Shown: positions 48,193-58,776 of the stretch, in pieces
How positions within the stretch are numbered: position 1 is the stretch's first letter
Layout of the letters: each line of letters opens with the position of its first letter
Notes under the pieces: generated by a model
Told to the model about the DNA's origin: nothing
The model's input: only the letters and a program-made list of their open reading frames with translations
The model's database searches: none
Source: Gammaproteobacteria bacterium
GTDB taxonomy: Bacteria; Pseudomonadota; Gammaproteobacteria; Eutrophobiales; Eutrophobiaceae
Assembly (NCBI GenBank): GCA_965116495.1
Contig: OZ220696.1
Coordinates: forward strand, 1,504,001-1,568,000
DNA length: 64,000 nucleotides
Reading direction: 5' to 3'
Made by a program: the position numbers and the translations under genes

Positions 48193-49311
48193 CTATACAA
48201 GGTTTTTCAGAAATCCGATGCCAGGAGACACACGTACGCCGGTGTCACTGATATAATCTTTCTTTCCCACCGCGGATAACTGCCAGGCTTGTGCTTCCGG
48301 GAATTTCGCTTTCAGGTATCGGAGGCTGCGGTCTATATCTCTGTCCATCCATTTACATTCAATGAGCATTATGGGCTGACGGCGCTCAGTGACAACAAAG
48401 TCAACCTCACGACCATCGGTATCCCTGAAATAATTCAGATCGTAATCTAGCCCTTCGACGTCCTGCCGGTAGTGTACCCATTTCAGTAAATGGCACGCGA
48501 CAAGGTTCTCAAAACGGGAGGCGTCGTCTCCAATTACTGACCAGTCAAAATGATAATGTTTACGTTCTTTTTTCACTGCCCTGATTTTTGGACTGCCAAT
48601 GGGGGCTAACCGAAAAATGGCGTAAAGCCTTTCCATGATATCCAGCCATGATGATGCGGTTTTATGGCTGATTTGCAAATCTTCACGAATGGCATTGATG
48701 GATAAGGGCGAACCTACCAATTCGGGTAAACGCAACATCAATAGTTCCAGTTGTCCCAGATCCTGCACCCGCTCAAGTGATACGACCTCTTCACTGATCA
48801 GACGTGTACGATGTTCACGAGACCAGCGTCGCGCTTCAGTCTTGCTGCCGCTCAGGAACGGTTCAGGAAAGCCACCCAGAGACGATAATTCCAATAGCTG
48901 CTGACTTGATTCAAGACCCAACTCCGAAACAGTAAATGGATGTAACCGCAACAGATGATATCGTCCCTGCAGGGAATCTCCGCTAAAGCGATAATAATCA
49001 AGACGACCGCTTCCCGTCACCAGTATCTGTTGTCCGGAACAACGCTGGTCATAAAGACCCTTTAAATAATTGCGCCACTGTCGATATTTATGGATTTCGT
49101 CGAAGATCCATAAATTTGATGCGGGTAATTCTCGTTTAAGTATCTGTTCGCGGTGTTCAGCCACATCCCAGTTAAGATAACCTGTGCCTGCCCCCGGTAA
49201 ACCCTGAGATAAGGTGGTTTTACCGACCTGACGGGGACCGGCCACGAATACCATCTTTTTTTCGAGATCCTGTTTTATCTGTCCAGTCAAATAACGTGGG
49301 ATCGTACTCAT
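48193..49311 (-). CDS. AAA_14 ATPase with DUF4143 domain, second copy
   Basis: GPRQVGKTT, FDEIH, GGFP, REVDFV...IECK. Confidence 0.92.
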   Translation of the reverse strand: MSTIPRYLTGQIKQDLEKKMVFVAGPRQVGKTTLSQGLPGAGTGYLNWDVAEHREQILKRELPASNLWIFDEIHKYRQWRNYLKGLYDQRCSGQQILVTGSGRLDYYRFSGDSLQGRYHLLRLHPFTVSELGLESSQQLLELSSLGGFPEPFLSGSKTEARRWSREHRTRLISEEVVSLERVQDLGQLELLMLRLPELVGSPLSINAIREDLQISHKTASSWLDIMERLYAIFRLAPIGSPKIRAVKKERKHYHFDWSVIGDDASRFENLVACHLLKWVHYRQDVEGLDYDLNYFRDTDGREVDFVVTERRQPIMLIECKWMDRDIDRSLRYLKAKFPEAQAWQLSAVGKKDYISDTGVRVSPGIGFLKNLV

Positions 49312-49439
49312 CAGGCAATTTTACTGATATTTTCTCCTATAGTCAAAAATACTCACGGCTATTTTCTACTAATATCAGGGCAACCGCATACTTTTATATG
49401 TTTTCTTGAAAAACAGCAATCCAACCCGGAAACCCGGCG

Positions 49440-49548
49440 CGTCATTCCTGCGGAAGTTTAACCCTGCGAAGGCAGGGACCAGAATCCAGTAAGTAAACCG
49501 GTCTTTTATCGTTTTTTCGACTGGATTCCCGCTTGCGCGGGAATGACG
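49440..49548. repeat. REP-like doublet (GTCATTCC family)
   Basis: CGTCATTCCTGCG...AATCCAG and CTGGATTCCCGCTTGCGCGGGAATGACG, the latter identical to the unit at 35630. Confidence 0.8.
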
Positions 49549-49658
49549 TTGGGCTGTTTTTCGGTTGTATTTCTGAATATTCAAAAGTATGCGGCTGCCC
49601 TGTATTACCCCCGGCATTCATGGCTGTGGCTGCAGTATCCGGATAGCCTGTCTCCAGT

Positions 49659-52076
49659 ATGTATTATACTGTGTGTCGGACAGTTACCGCCATGAATCCA
49701 GCCAGTCACCCAAAATCAACGCCTTGCAGATACATCAGCAATCTTGTGTCGATATTCGTTAAAACCCTGCTGGTTTTGTTTGCCACCCTGCCCGCTTTGC
49801 TGCATGCGGAAATAATCCCGGGAAATCCGGCTACAGGAGAATTCGAACTCGACCTGGGCCCACAGGGAAAAGAACTTAACCGGGACCTGTACGGATACGG
49901 TAGCCTGCCGGAACAGGGAAATATAGAGGCCGGTGAATGGGGTACCTGGGAACTTGTTTATCATGTCGGACGCCTGGGTGTGGATGACGGCGGACGCATC
50001 TTCCTGCTGTTCAATGCCGTAGCGGACTGGGGTTCGTTTCAATTTGACAATCCCGGGGGCGCCGGGTATGTGTCCGTACGCACGGATGGGAATGCCCGGG
50101 TGTTTGCCCATGGAAACTCGCGCCATGCAGGACCCAGACCCTACTGGGGCGGCATTGTAATAACCGTCCGGGAAGGTAACCTCATCATGGGAGATAAAGT
50201 GTTTATCAGGCTCGGCGATCAAAGCGGCGGCAGTCCCGGCATACGCGCACCTACAATCGTTTCGCACCTTGCCCATGAATTCCGCTTTATGGTGGATCCG
50301 CTGAACGCGGTCAATCCTGTTCGAGTGAACGATTCGCCCAGCACCAGTATCATCGGTGGTGAAACCGTCAGGTTACAGGCCCTGTGGCCGTCTGAAGCCA
50401 CCTCCGGGGGGCGCACATGGCTGCTGGTCAAAGCCAAGGACAGGTGGGGCAACCCGGCGGAATCGTACAACGGAATCATCAGGATCAGCGCGCCGGGATC
50501 CATGAACCTCCCGGCCACTTACGGCTTCACGGAAAATGACAAGGGTTATCATCGATTTGAGGATATCCCCGTTCTGGAAACCGGTGAACACGTCATCGGA
50601 ATCTCAGACATCGGGAATAGCAAGCTGGCCGCGCAAACCAACATAATGACGGTTAAAAATGACGGCGACCTCCGCCCCTATTGCGGTGATCTGCACGGCC
50701 AGCATATTCGCGGTTCGTCCAACCTCAATCAATACGCCTCCTATGCCCGGGGCTTTGCCGGTATCGACTTCATGTCCTGGGCTGTCAATGATTTCCACAT
50801 AACCGGCGCAACCTGGGATGCTATCCAGAAAACCAGCAGGGAGTTCGATCAACCCGGCCGCTTCGTCGTATTTCCCGGTTATGAATGGTCGGGCATTACG
50901 GGGCGGGGCGGGGACCATAACGTCATCTACCTGACGGAAAACCAGCCGCTGTACCGTAGCGCCTACGTGGAAGAAGACCTGCGCGGCTACGATCACACCA
51001 TGGACCGCTACACGGTCGACTCGTTGATCAGGTCGCTTACAGCCGATAATGTATTCCTTATGCCGCACATCGGCGGTCGCCGGGCTAATCTTGATTATTA
51101 TGATCCCGCCATGATGCCGTTCATCGAGATCTATTCAGACCACGGTCAGTTTGAGTGGTTTCTTGAAGAAGCGTTAACACGCGGATTAAAGGTCGGGGTT
51201 ACAGCCAGCAGTGATGATGTATATGGAAAGCTGGGCGACTCAATCCCCGGTGTCAGGTTGTTTGCAGTACACGGCGGCCTGACATGCGTCTATGCAAAGG
51301 CCCTCAGCCGGCACGATCTGTGGCGGGCATTCAAGGCGCGGCGCGTCTACGGCACGACCGGCGAACGCATGCAGTTGCGATTTAAATCCGGCGATCACTG
51401 GCTGGGGGAAGAGATTAACGAGACAGAACCTCCCGTTTTTACCGTGGAAGCAGGCGGCACAGCAGGTATCGAGCGCATAGACATCATGCGCGGTACGGAG
51501 GTCGCTTATACTCACAGACCGAAGGCGGGGACAAACAATGACAGGATTAAGATTATCTGGCGCGGCGCGGCCTCAAGGGAAAGGGCGAGACAGACCATCT
51601 GGCGAGGAAAGATAAGGGTTGACGGGGCTGAAATAAAGAAGATCACACGATACCGGCTCGATTACCCCACCGAATTACTCGTGCAGGAAAGTGGTAATGC
51701 AGTCAGTTTCGATACCTTTACGGCAGGCGACGAGGATGGCGTGATCCTGGACCTGGATTCCACGGCTGCCGGAACGCTGTATTTTGATGCGATGATTAAC
51801 GCACGAAGCCAATTCGGCGCCGGCGGCAAGGAAAAAAATGCCGTCAACCTGGAGATACCACTAGTGGAAACAAGCGAGCGGGACCTGGTCTATGACACCG
51901 GCGGCATTGACCGGGAGATCGTTGTCAGAAAAGTGGCAAGCGATTATCCCGGACGCGTCACGTTTACCTGGACGGATAAGCAACTGCACAGTCAAACAAC
52001 GGCATACTGGGTGCGTGTTTTACAGGAAGACGGGGCAACAGCCTGGTCGAGTCCGATATTCGTTACTCCTGAATGA
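49659..52076 (+). CDS. DUF3604 / PHP-like metallohydrolase domain protein (start uncertain)
   Basis: GDLHGQH, GYEWS...GGDHNV, PH.GG, E..S.HG, RRVYGTTG, C-terminal YWVRVLQEDG..AWSSPI. Confidence 0.8.
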   Translation: MYYTVCRTVTAMNPASHPKSTPCRYISNLVSIFVKTLLVLFATLPALLHAEIIPGNPATGEFELDLGPQGKELNRDLYGYGSLPEQGNIEAGEWGTWELVYHVGRLGVDDGGRIFLLFNAVADWGSFQFDNPGGAGYVSVRTDGNARVFAHGNSRHAGPRPYWGGIVITVREGNLIMGDKVFIRLGDQSGGSPGIRAPTIVSHLAHEFRFMVDPLNAVNPVRVNDSPSTSIIGGETVRLQALWPSEATSGGRTWLLVKAKDRWGNPAESYNGIIRISAPGSMNLPATYGFTENDKGYHRFEDIPVLETGEHVIGISDIGNSKLAAQTNIMTVKNDGDLRPYCGDLHGQHIRGSSNLNQYASYARGFAGIDFMSWAVNDFHITGATWDAIQKTSREFDQPGRFVVFPGYEWSGITGRGGDHNVIYLTENQPLYRSAYVEEDLRGYDHTMDRYTVDSLIRSLTADNVFLMPHIGGRRANLDYYDPAMMPFIEIYSDHGQFEWFLEEALTRGLKVGVTASSDDVYGKLGDSIPGVRLFAVHGGLTCVYAKALSRHDLWRAFKARRVYGTTGERMQLRFKSGDHWLGEEINETEPPVFTVEAGGTAGIERIDIMRGTEVAYTHRPKAGTNNDRIKIIWRGAASRERARQTIWRGKIRVDGAEIKKITRYRLDYPTELLVQESGNAVSFDTFTAGDEDGVILDLDSTAAGTLYFDAMINARSQFGAGGKEKNAVNLEIPLVETSERDLVYDTGGIDREIVVRKVASDYPGRVTFTWTDKQLHSQTTAYWVRVLQEDGATAWSSPIFVTPE

Positions 52077-52124
52077 TTCGATAGCTGATCTCTCCCCGTA
52101 AAAGAAGATTTTCGTCCAATCCAG

Positions 52125-52487
52125 CTAAAAAAACAGGGCTGGACTTATATTGAATCGTTTACTTAATGCTTCAATATGATTACGCGTCAGCCTGCGTTCA
52201 CCGCTTAATATTCTGGATACCAGTGATTTACTCCCAATCTCCGGCAGGTCGGCTACCCCGGGTTTATGTTGTTCCATAATGACTCTCAGCGTTGTTATAC
52301 CACCGTTGAGTTTTTCAATACGGTCATTGAATGATTTAAACTCGGGAGATGTATCCTCCCAGCGAGCGATAGAAGCAGAAAGCATGTCAATAAGTGGTTT
52401 TTGGTTATCGTAATCCTCCATCAATTCATCCATAAGGGCCAAAGCCTGTGCATAGTCAGCCTCGTTGCTGATAATGAACTTCTGCAT
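52125..52487 (-). CDS. higA: HigA-type XRE antitoxin, no cognate toxin adjacent
   Basis: I.NEADY..AL.L.DEL; DLPEIGSKSLVSRILSGERRLT..HI..LS.RF.ISPA.F. Confidence 0.8.
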   Translation of the reverse strand: MQKFIISNEADYAQALALMDELMEDYDNQKPLIDMLSASIARWEDTSPEFKSFNDRIEKLNGGITTLRVIMEQHKPGVADLPEIGSKSLVSRILSGERRLTRNHIEALSKRFNISPALFF

Positions 52488-52488
52488 C

Positions 52489-55400
52489 TCATTCCACCCC
52501 GGCATTCAATCTATCAAATATTTTTTTCATCATCAGTTCCTTGACAAGTCCTCCAAACGGTTGGTCTTCAATAATCTTTTCAAATATCTCCTGGTTCTGG
52601 TCCATTCTGTCAATCAGCTTGTCGATGAATATTTCTTCAAATGCGTATTTGAAGGTATCCAGTTTATTGACCCTGGCCTGGGTTTGCAGTTTGGCGTCCT
52701 GCATCAATTCTGTTTCTATCTGCTCAAAGAAAAGTCGGTCGGCTTCCTCAAACTCGGTGCCGAAACGGTCATTCAATACATCGATGATTTCTGATAAGGC
52801 CGCTTTCTCTTCTTTGCCGCGCTTGATGCCGGCTTCCGTCAAACCATCCAGTTCGCCTTCTTCGCCGGCTACCAGGTCGATAGAGCCATCATTGATTTTT
52901 TTCAGGCGATAGTATTCCAGGGCCACCTCATCGGTCAGCTTCATGCTTTCCGATAAATCGCGCTTCGGCAGCTTGGTCAGAAGCAATTTGGCATAGGCAT
53001 AGAACTTCTCAAACTCAACTTCACGAAAGGGCATGATCTGGGCCATGAAGGCATACAAATTGGTCCAGGTACGCAAACTCTTTTTGAACGCTTCCTGTTC
53101 CTCTTGCGTTTCGAGATTCTTATAACGATCTACCGCCGGGTCGATATGGCGGTATAACCGGGCCTGTGCGCCCGCGGTCATTCGTGTCGCCGGATTGAAA
53201 TACACCCTGGCCAGCGCGTCGACCTCCGTATCCAGGTAAATTTGCTGCTCGTCAAGTTTGGTCTTCAGGTCATACAGGTGGTTGGGCTCCGGCTCGTCGG
53301 TGACGGTCGTTATTTCGTAATAAGGCTGAAACGAATCCAGGATCGTCTGCCGGTCATTGACGAAATCCAGAATAAAGGTATCCTCTTTCCCCGGCGCGGT
53401 CCGGTTCAGGCGTGACAGGGTTTGTACCGCCCTGACACCGGCCAAGGCCTTGTCCACGTACATGGTATGCAGTAAAGGCTGGTCGAAACCGGTCTGGAAT
53501 TTATCTGCCGCAATCAGGATCTTGTAATCATCTTCGGCAAATTTCTGTGGGAGTTCTTTTTCACTGTAGCCCGTCAACTGTGGTTCCGTCACTCCTTCCG
53601 GAAAGTTGTCATCCTTTACCTTGCCGGAAAAGGCCACCAGAATTTTGATGTGTTGTTCGTAGCCATTTTTGTTGATATAGCGTTCAAGCTCTTCAAAGTA
53701 ACGTTTTGCGTGGAGACGTGAACCAGTTACCAACATGGCCTTGGCTTTTCCGCCAATCTTGCCGGCGACTACCTGCCGGAAATGTTCGACGATGATTTCT
53801 GTCTTCTGCGCCAGGTTATGCGGGTGCAGCGAGACAAAACGCCCCATCGCCTGTACGGCTTTCTTCTTGTTTAGCTTGGGGTCGTCTGCTATTGCCTTGC
53901 ACAGGTTGAAGTAGAGTTGATAGGTGGTGTAATGCTGCAATACATCCAGGATAAAGCCCTCTTCAATGGCCTGCCGCATTGAGTACAGGTGAAACGGTTG
54001 CGGCTTTCCCTGGGCATCTTTATAACCGAATACCGCCAGCGTTTTGTATTTTGGCGTCGCAGTAAAGGCAAAAAAGGACAAGTTGGATTGCGGCCCGCGA
54101 CTGGCGGCAGATTGTTCAATATAGTCAGTGACCATATCCTGTGAATCTATCCCTTCGTCTTCTTCCTCCTCGGCGGGTCCCGGATACGGTTCCTGCGCTT
54201 TCGATGAACCGTCGTCAGTCTCTTCCAACGCATTGGTATTACCCAACACCTGCTTCATCTTTTTGCTGGCTTCACCACCTTGTGAGCTATGGGCCTCGTC
54301 AATGATCACCGCATAGTTGCGGTCCGGAAGACTGCCCACCTTCTCGACGATAAACGAGAATTTCTGCAGCGTCGTAATGATGATATTTGCCCCACCGCCA
54401 ATGGCATCGGCCAGTTGCTGTGAGTCTTTATCGATGCGCTGTACCACACCTGATTTATGTTCAAACTGGTAGATGGTGTTTTGCAGTTGGGAATCCAGCA
54501 CCCGCCGGTCTGTCACCACAATCACGCTGTCAAAAATCCGTTGATCATCGGCATTGTGCAGACCGGATAAGCGGTAGGACAGCCAGGCGATGGAATTGCT
54601 TTTGCCGGAACCGGCTGAATGCTGGACCAGGTAATTCCGGCCCGCGCCATGCTCCTGCGCATGGCGGGTGATTTTCCGTACGGCATCCAACTGGTGGTAA
54701 CGCGGGAAAATCAGTGTTTCCTTTTTGCGGGTGCGTCCTTCAAACTCAAACTCTTCCGTCTGCAAGTGGATAAAGCGCCCGATGATCTCCAGCCAGCTTT
54801 CTTTGCTGAGAATGTCGCGCCACAGGTAATCGCTGCGATAGCCTGCCGGGTTGGGCGCATTGCCGGCGCCGTGGTGGTGGCCTTTGTTGAACGGCAACCA
54901 ATTGGTTTTGCCGCCATCAACGCGTGTGGTCATGTAAACGGCTTCATCATCCACCGCAAAGTGCACCAGGGCGCGTTTTCTGAAAGCAATCAACAACTCT
55001 TTATTATCGCGGGTGGCGCCGTACTGTTTTTTTGCATCTGCGGTACTTTGCCCGGTAAAGCGATTCTTCAATTCCAACGTCGCTACCGGCAGACCGTTCA
55101 GCGACAACACCAAATCCACCGAATTCCTGTTTTTCCCGCTGTAATAGACCTGCCGAATCACCTTGAGCCGATTCTGTTCATACAGCGCAAGCGTATCCGG
55201 GTTCAAGCCCGATTCCGGCTTGAAAAAAGCCATTTTAAAACGCACACCGTAATCGACAAAGCCATTGCGGATCACATCCAGCGCCCCGCGCAAGTCCATC
55301 TCCTTATATAGCCGTCCAACGATACGGTCGGATACATCCTCCCCATGAATCGCCGCAAGCCTGTCCCACTGTCTGGCCTGGGTCGTCTGCAAGAACTGTA

Positions 55401-55530
55401 ATACCTCCGCCTTGAACATGCCCAGTTCCGGGCTGTAGGCGCCGGCTTCGCCTTCGTGGTAACCCCCTGAAGCTACCAGGCTTTCAATGATGGCGGTTTC
55501 AAAGGTATTTTCGGACGTGACCTCCATCAA
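52489..55530 (-). CDS. hsdR: Type I restriction endonuclease subunit R
   Basis: DLVL.LNGLP...ELK, QHSAGSGKS, DEAH, FTATP, QTLSRLNR. Confidence 0.95.
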   Translation of the reverse strand: MMEVTSENTFETAIIESLVASGGYHEGEAGAYSPELGMFKAEVLQFLQTTQARQWDRLAAIHGEDVSDRIVGRLYKEMDLRGALDVIRNGFVDYGVRFKMAFFKPESGLNPDTLALYEQNRLKVIRQVYYSGKNRNSVDLVLSLNGLPVATLELKNRFTGQSTADAKKQYGATRDNKELLIAFRKRALVHFAVDDEAVYMTTRVDGGKTNWLPFNKGHHHGAGNAPNPAGYRSDYLWRDILSKESWLEIIGRFIHLQTEEFEFEGRTRKKETLIFPRYHQLDAVRKITRHAQEHGAGRNYLVQHSAGSGKSNSIAWLSYRLSGLHNADDQRIFDSVIVVTDRRVLDSQLQNTIYQFEHKSGVVQRIDKDSQQLADAIGGGANIIITTLQKFSFIVEKVGSLPDRNYAVIIDEAHSSQGGEASKKMKQVLGNTNALEETDDGSSKAQEPYPGPAEEEEDEGIDSQDMVTDYIEQSAASRGPQSNLSFFAFTATPKYKTLAVFGYKDAQGKPQPFHLYSMRQAIEEGFILDVLQHYTTYQLYFNLCKAIADDPKLNKKKAVQAMGRFVSLHPHNLAQKTEIIVEHFRQVVAGKIGGKAKAMLVTGSRLHAKRYFEELERYINKNGYEQHIKILVAFSGKVKDDNFPEGVTEPQLTGYSEKELPQKFAEDDYKILIAADKFQTGFDQPLLHTMYVDKALAGVRAVQTLSRLNRTAPGKEDTFILDFVNDRQTILDSFQPYYEITTVTDEPEPNHLYDLKTKLDEQQIYLDTEVDALARVYFNPATRMTAGAQARLYRHIDPAVDRYKNLETQEEQEAFKKSLRTWTNLYAFMAQIMPFREVEFEKFYAYAKLLLTKLPKRDLSESMKLTDEVALEYYRLKKINDGSIDLVAGEEGELDGLTEAGIKRGKEEKAALSEIIDVLNDRFGTEFEEADRLFFEQIETELMQDAKLQTQARVNKLDTFKYAFEEIFIDKLIDRMDQNQEIFEKIIEDQPFGGLVKELMMKKIFDRLNAGVE

Positions 55531-57209
55531 TCCACGCGCCAGGTTCTTACCGCCTGGTCAGCAAGCCAGGATTGATAATGGTTCAGGTTTGCCAGGTCCC
55601 AATGATCATATTCGGCCACTTTCCTGGCCAGCCTGAAAGGAGTCTTCAGGTAATGCACTTTCTTGGCGTCAAAGTCAGCCTGTCCGAGATCATCCTGTTC
55701 CAGCAACACCATATTGCCCAACCGGTCTGCAATGTCATTCGCCCCCTCGCCAAAATCCTGGTGCCACGCCTGCTCCGGATTGTAAGGACAAACGTGCTCA
55801 AGCGTCGTATCGAGGTATCTCACGTTACGACCTGCGTTATTTTCTATCTCGGCCAGCAAAAAGCGGATTTTTTTGGATGAGCGGCGGCTTGGCATTTTGT
55901 AGTACTCAAAGATATTTTTGAATGCCTCATCAGCCGGGTAGAGCGCCTGGTAATCGGGGCTGTTCTTGATATGGCTGGCGCGCTGAAATTCCCCTTCGGC
56001 TATCTTTATGGCTATGTTGTTATAACGTTTTTCCTGTTCGCTGGGGGAAAAACTGCAAATCACGTTGTAGCGGATAGATAAGACGTAAAGATATTTCAGC
56101 GTTTTAATAAACTCATCCGGCGAGAAATCCCGAAGAAATGCCGCCATTAATATCGTATAGGGTTGTCGGATACCAAACAGCTTCAAGCCATCCAGGAAAT
56201 GAACGGCCTCCCGGTATTTGCCGTCTTCCTGTTGCCACCACTCATCATAAGGGTTGGATAAAGACGCATAGACCGGAACCGCCTCCGTTAATGCTCTTAA
56301 ATAGCCATGCGCATTTTCGGGTGTTCTGTAAAGCTGCCTGACGGATTTAAACAACTCCTTCTTGCTTACCAGGGGACGATGGGAATTATGCTGGTAGCGG
56401 ACAAAATCAGTGAAGTCATTTTCGCCCAGTTGCGTCAGGATAGCTGACCATGTTTCATCAAGCTCATCCAGCATTTCGTCGGGCACGTCATCATTTTGGG
56501 TGACTACCGAAAAAATATAGTTTTTCAACAAATCAGGCGTGGAAAGCTGCACTCCCCTGGCATTTAATGTTTCAAATACCTTGTAAGCATTCAGGCTGTC
56601 TTGCACCACAATTTTTGTAAAAATCAACCTGGATGAAAAGCTGTTGATAAACTCACCGATTTCCTCGCCAGTGTTACCTGTGTTTTTGTCGCAGAAAAAA
56701 TTGAATGCCCATCTCAGCAGGTTGTTGGTTGCGGTAATGCCCCGGACCTGGGGCGGACGCAGGTTGGAACAGATATCTTTGTAGAAACGCCCATTATTGC
56801 GGTTCAGCGTCAGCCTGCTGCTCACTCTTAATGAGACGATGTCTTTCGACCCGATATAGCGCCCGGTAATTTCCTGCAAACGTTCCAGGTTGTTTTCGGC
56901 ATCTTCATTGTTATCGATTAAGCGCTGAATATGTTGCATCGTGGCCAAGACCAACAAAGACAGTGTAACCAGGCGTTGTTGTCCGTCTATCACCTCAAAA
57001 TCCTGCTGGCTTTTACGTTGCAACACGATATAGCCCATATAGTGGAAGCCTTCCTGGTCCAGACCTTCGATATCCGCCCACAGGTCTTCCCACTGTTCCT
57101 GTTCCCACGAGTAATCCCGCTGGAAACGCGGCACAGTATATTTAACCCCGTTACTCAGCAGCTCGGAAAAGGTCTGGTTGGCAGGTTCCATTAGCATAAA
57201 TTCGCTCAT
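55527..57209 (-). CDS. DUF262 + DUF1524 protein (GmrSD-like)
   Basis: PRFQRDYSW, IDGQQR, FETLNARG; C-terminal LEHVCP...LGNMVLL. Confidence 0.88.
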   Translation of the reverse strand: MSEFMLMEPANQTFSELLSNGVKYTVPRFQRDYSWEQEQWEDLWADIEGLDQEGFHYMGYIVLQRKSQQDFEVIDGQQRLVTLSLLVLATMQHIQRLIDNNEDAENNLERLQEITGRYIGSKDIVSLRVSSRLTLNRNNGRFYKDICSNLRPPQVRGITATNNLLRWAFNFFCDKNTGNTGEEIGEFINSFSSRLIFTKIVVQDSLNAYKVFETLNARGVQLSTPDLLKNYIFSVVTQNDDVPDEMLDELDETWSAILTQLGENDFTDFVRYQHNSHRPLVSKKELFKSVRQLYRTPENAHGYLRALTEAVPVYASLSNPYDEWWQQEDGKYREAVHFLDGLKLFGIRQPYTILMAAFLRDFSPDEFIKTLKYLYVLSIRYNVICSFSPSEQEKRYNNIAIKIAEGEFQRASHIKNSPDYQALYPADEAFKNIFEYYKMPSRRSSKKIRFLLAEIENNAGRNVRYLDTTLEHVCPYNPEQAWHQDFGEGANDIADRLGNMVLLEQDDLGQADFDAKKVHYLKTPFRLARKVAEYDHWDLANLNHYQSWLADQAVRTWRVD

Positions 57210-58507
57210 GCGGTTGCCTCCTGGGTTGGTAATTCCGGTACTTTAATCTTGCCTGTGACTACCTCGGAAATCAACGCGGTTCGGTATTCTTTCTGGAGTT
57301 CGATGATGCGTTGGGTTTTGGTGATTTTGGTGTCTATGCGGGCGGTTTCGGTTTTAATATATTGAACAATGGCAGTTTGCTCTTTTGGCGATGGAATAAT
57401 AACTTCTAAACTGCCAATGGCATCTTGTGAGATAGTGCTCATTGTTGTTGTAATTGATAAAGAAATCAGTTTATGTCTCAACAAATCAGAATTTAGGTAA
57501 TAGTTTAAATATTGATGGGCTATGTCTTCAGGAGTGACCTTTATAAGATGACATTCAAAAACAATCGATTCATTTCTCCCTTCAAGGCATGCTGTCTTTG
57601 CTATACCCTCTCGTTTCAACGATGATCTGACAAAAAAAATGTCTCCGGCAATTACCTCGTATTTAGTTACCTCACTTGCAGTACACGCAACTCTTTCCAG
57701 TGAGCTTTCATCAATTAAAAAGTTATGTGTATAAACATCACCAACATTGATCAGTTTAATTCCACTACCAAAATCTGTGGATTTCTTAAAAATACCGTTT
57801 TGTAAACCGTGTTTAGTTACATACTTCAGATTCTTAAGCTTCCACCCCACCGGAATTTCGCCTAACCACTCAACCCCGCTATCTTTGAGTTCTGCGTTGG
57901 GGTCGAGGCCTTTGGTGACGGCGTGGTTGATAATGGCGGTCTTTTCTTCCTCGTACAGTTCCAGTAAACGCTCTTTTTGGGCGATCAGCGCATCAACCTC
58001 TGCTGTCTTGCGGTCAAGAAAGTTGGCGATGGTGGTTTGTTCCTCCAGCAAAGGCCACGGAATGAATAGATTGCAAATAGCTTCAACCGAAAGCCCCGGC
58101 TGTGCCGCAGCAACAGAATATTGATTCAGATTCATAATGCGTAATACTTCACCCAGCCAAACAAGTTTGTAATTCGATAGTGGTTCAACTACAACAGCAT
58201 GATCAGTAGCCCAAAACTTATTGGCTGGATAATTAATATTTCCGCAAAGAGCACCTTGGCGGCCTATTAGAATGAAGTCACCTTCATGGGTAAATTCATG
58301 GTAATAACCACGAAGTCCATTTCCGCCATATACTGGATATGCGCCATCTTCTTTAATTTGATTAGATGTTAAATTATCGCCGGATTTTAGATTTGCAACA
58401 TACTTCAACTTCTTAATTTCCCAGTCCATCGGAATCTCCCCAATCCAGCCAATCCCACTATCCTTCATTAACGGATAATGTCTAATGGAAAATTCTGAAT
58501 TTTGCAT
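57206..58507 (-). CDS. hsdS: Type I R-M specificity subunit S
   Basis: Two KDSG..W.GEIP conserved repeats, EQ..I..F/Y helices, two AT-rich TRDs. Confidence 0.93.
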   Translation of the reverse strand: MQNSEFSIRHYPLMKDSGIGWIGEIPMDWEIKKLKYVANLKSGDNLTSNQIKEDGAYPVYGGNGLRGYYHEFTHEGDFILIGRQGALCGNINYPANKFWATDHAVVVEPLSNYKLVWLGEVLRIMNLNQYSVAAAQPGLSVEAICNLFIPWPLLEEQTTIANFLDRKTAEVDALIAQKERLLELYEEEKTAIINHAVTKGLDPNAELKDSGVEWLGEIPVGWKLKNLKYVTKHGLQNGIFKKSTDFGSGIKLINVGDVYTHNFLIDESSLERVACTASEVTKYEVIAGDIFFVRSSLKREGIAKTACLEGRNESIVFECHLIKVTPEDIAHQYLNYYLNSDLLRHKLISLSITTTMSTISQDAIGSLEVIIPSPKEQTAIVQYIKTETARIDTKITKTQRIIELQKEYRTALISEVVTGKIKVPELPTQEATA

Positions 58508-58776
58508 TATTGGACTCTCAGTTTACTGCGCACCCGAAAGCCAACCGCCAGAATCATCTCCAGCGAATAGTGGATAACCTGATATTTCTTTCCGTCAGCG
58601 GCAGTTGTAAAGTAATTCTTTACAACTGAATGTTCATCTAACTCCCTTTCATTCAGTATGTTAGCGACATGTTGCCCCTGGCTCATCCAGACCATGCCAT
58701 CCCGCGCATGGAGCTCGACACTGGCCTTGCCGTCTGCGGTGTTATAAATAATGATATTTTGCTGTTCCTGGTTCAT
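58507..58776 (-). pseudogene. Truncated RhuM-family protein
   Basis: IIIY.T.DG, VW.SQ, TTAADGK.Y....YSL.MILAVGFRV.S; lacks the LAELF helix and the C-terminal two-thirds. Confidence 0.75.

Noticed and set aside
49375-49617. 80-aa ORF
   Set aside because: Largely translation of the REP-like doublet (RHSRASGNP).
57350-58500. AT-rich segment as a separate foreign insertion
   Set aside because: Corresponds to the two HsdS target-recognition domains, which are commonly AT-rich and exchanged.
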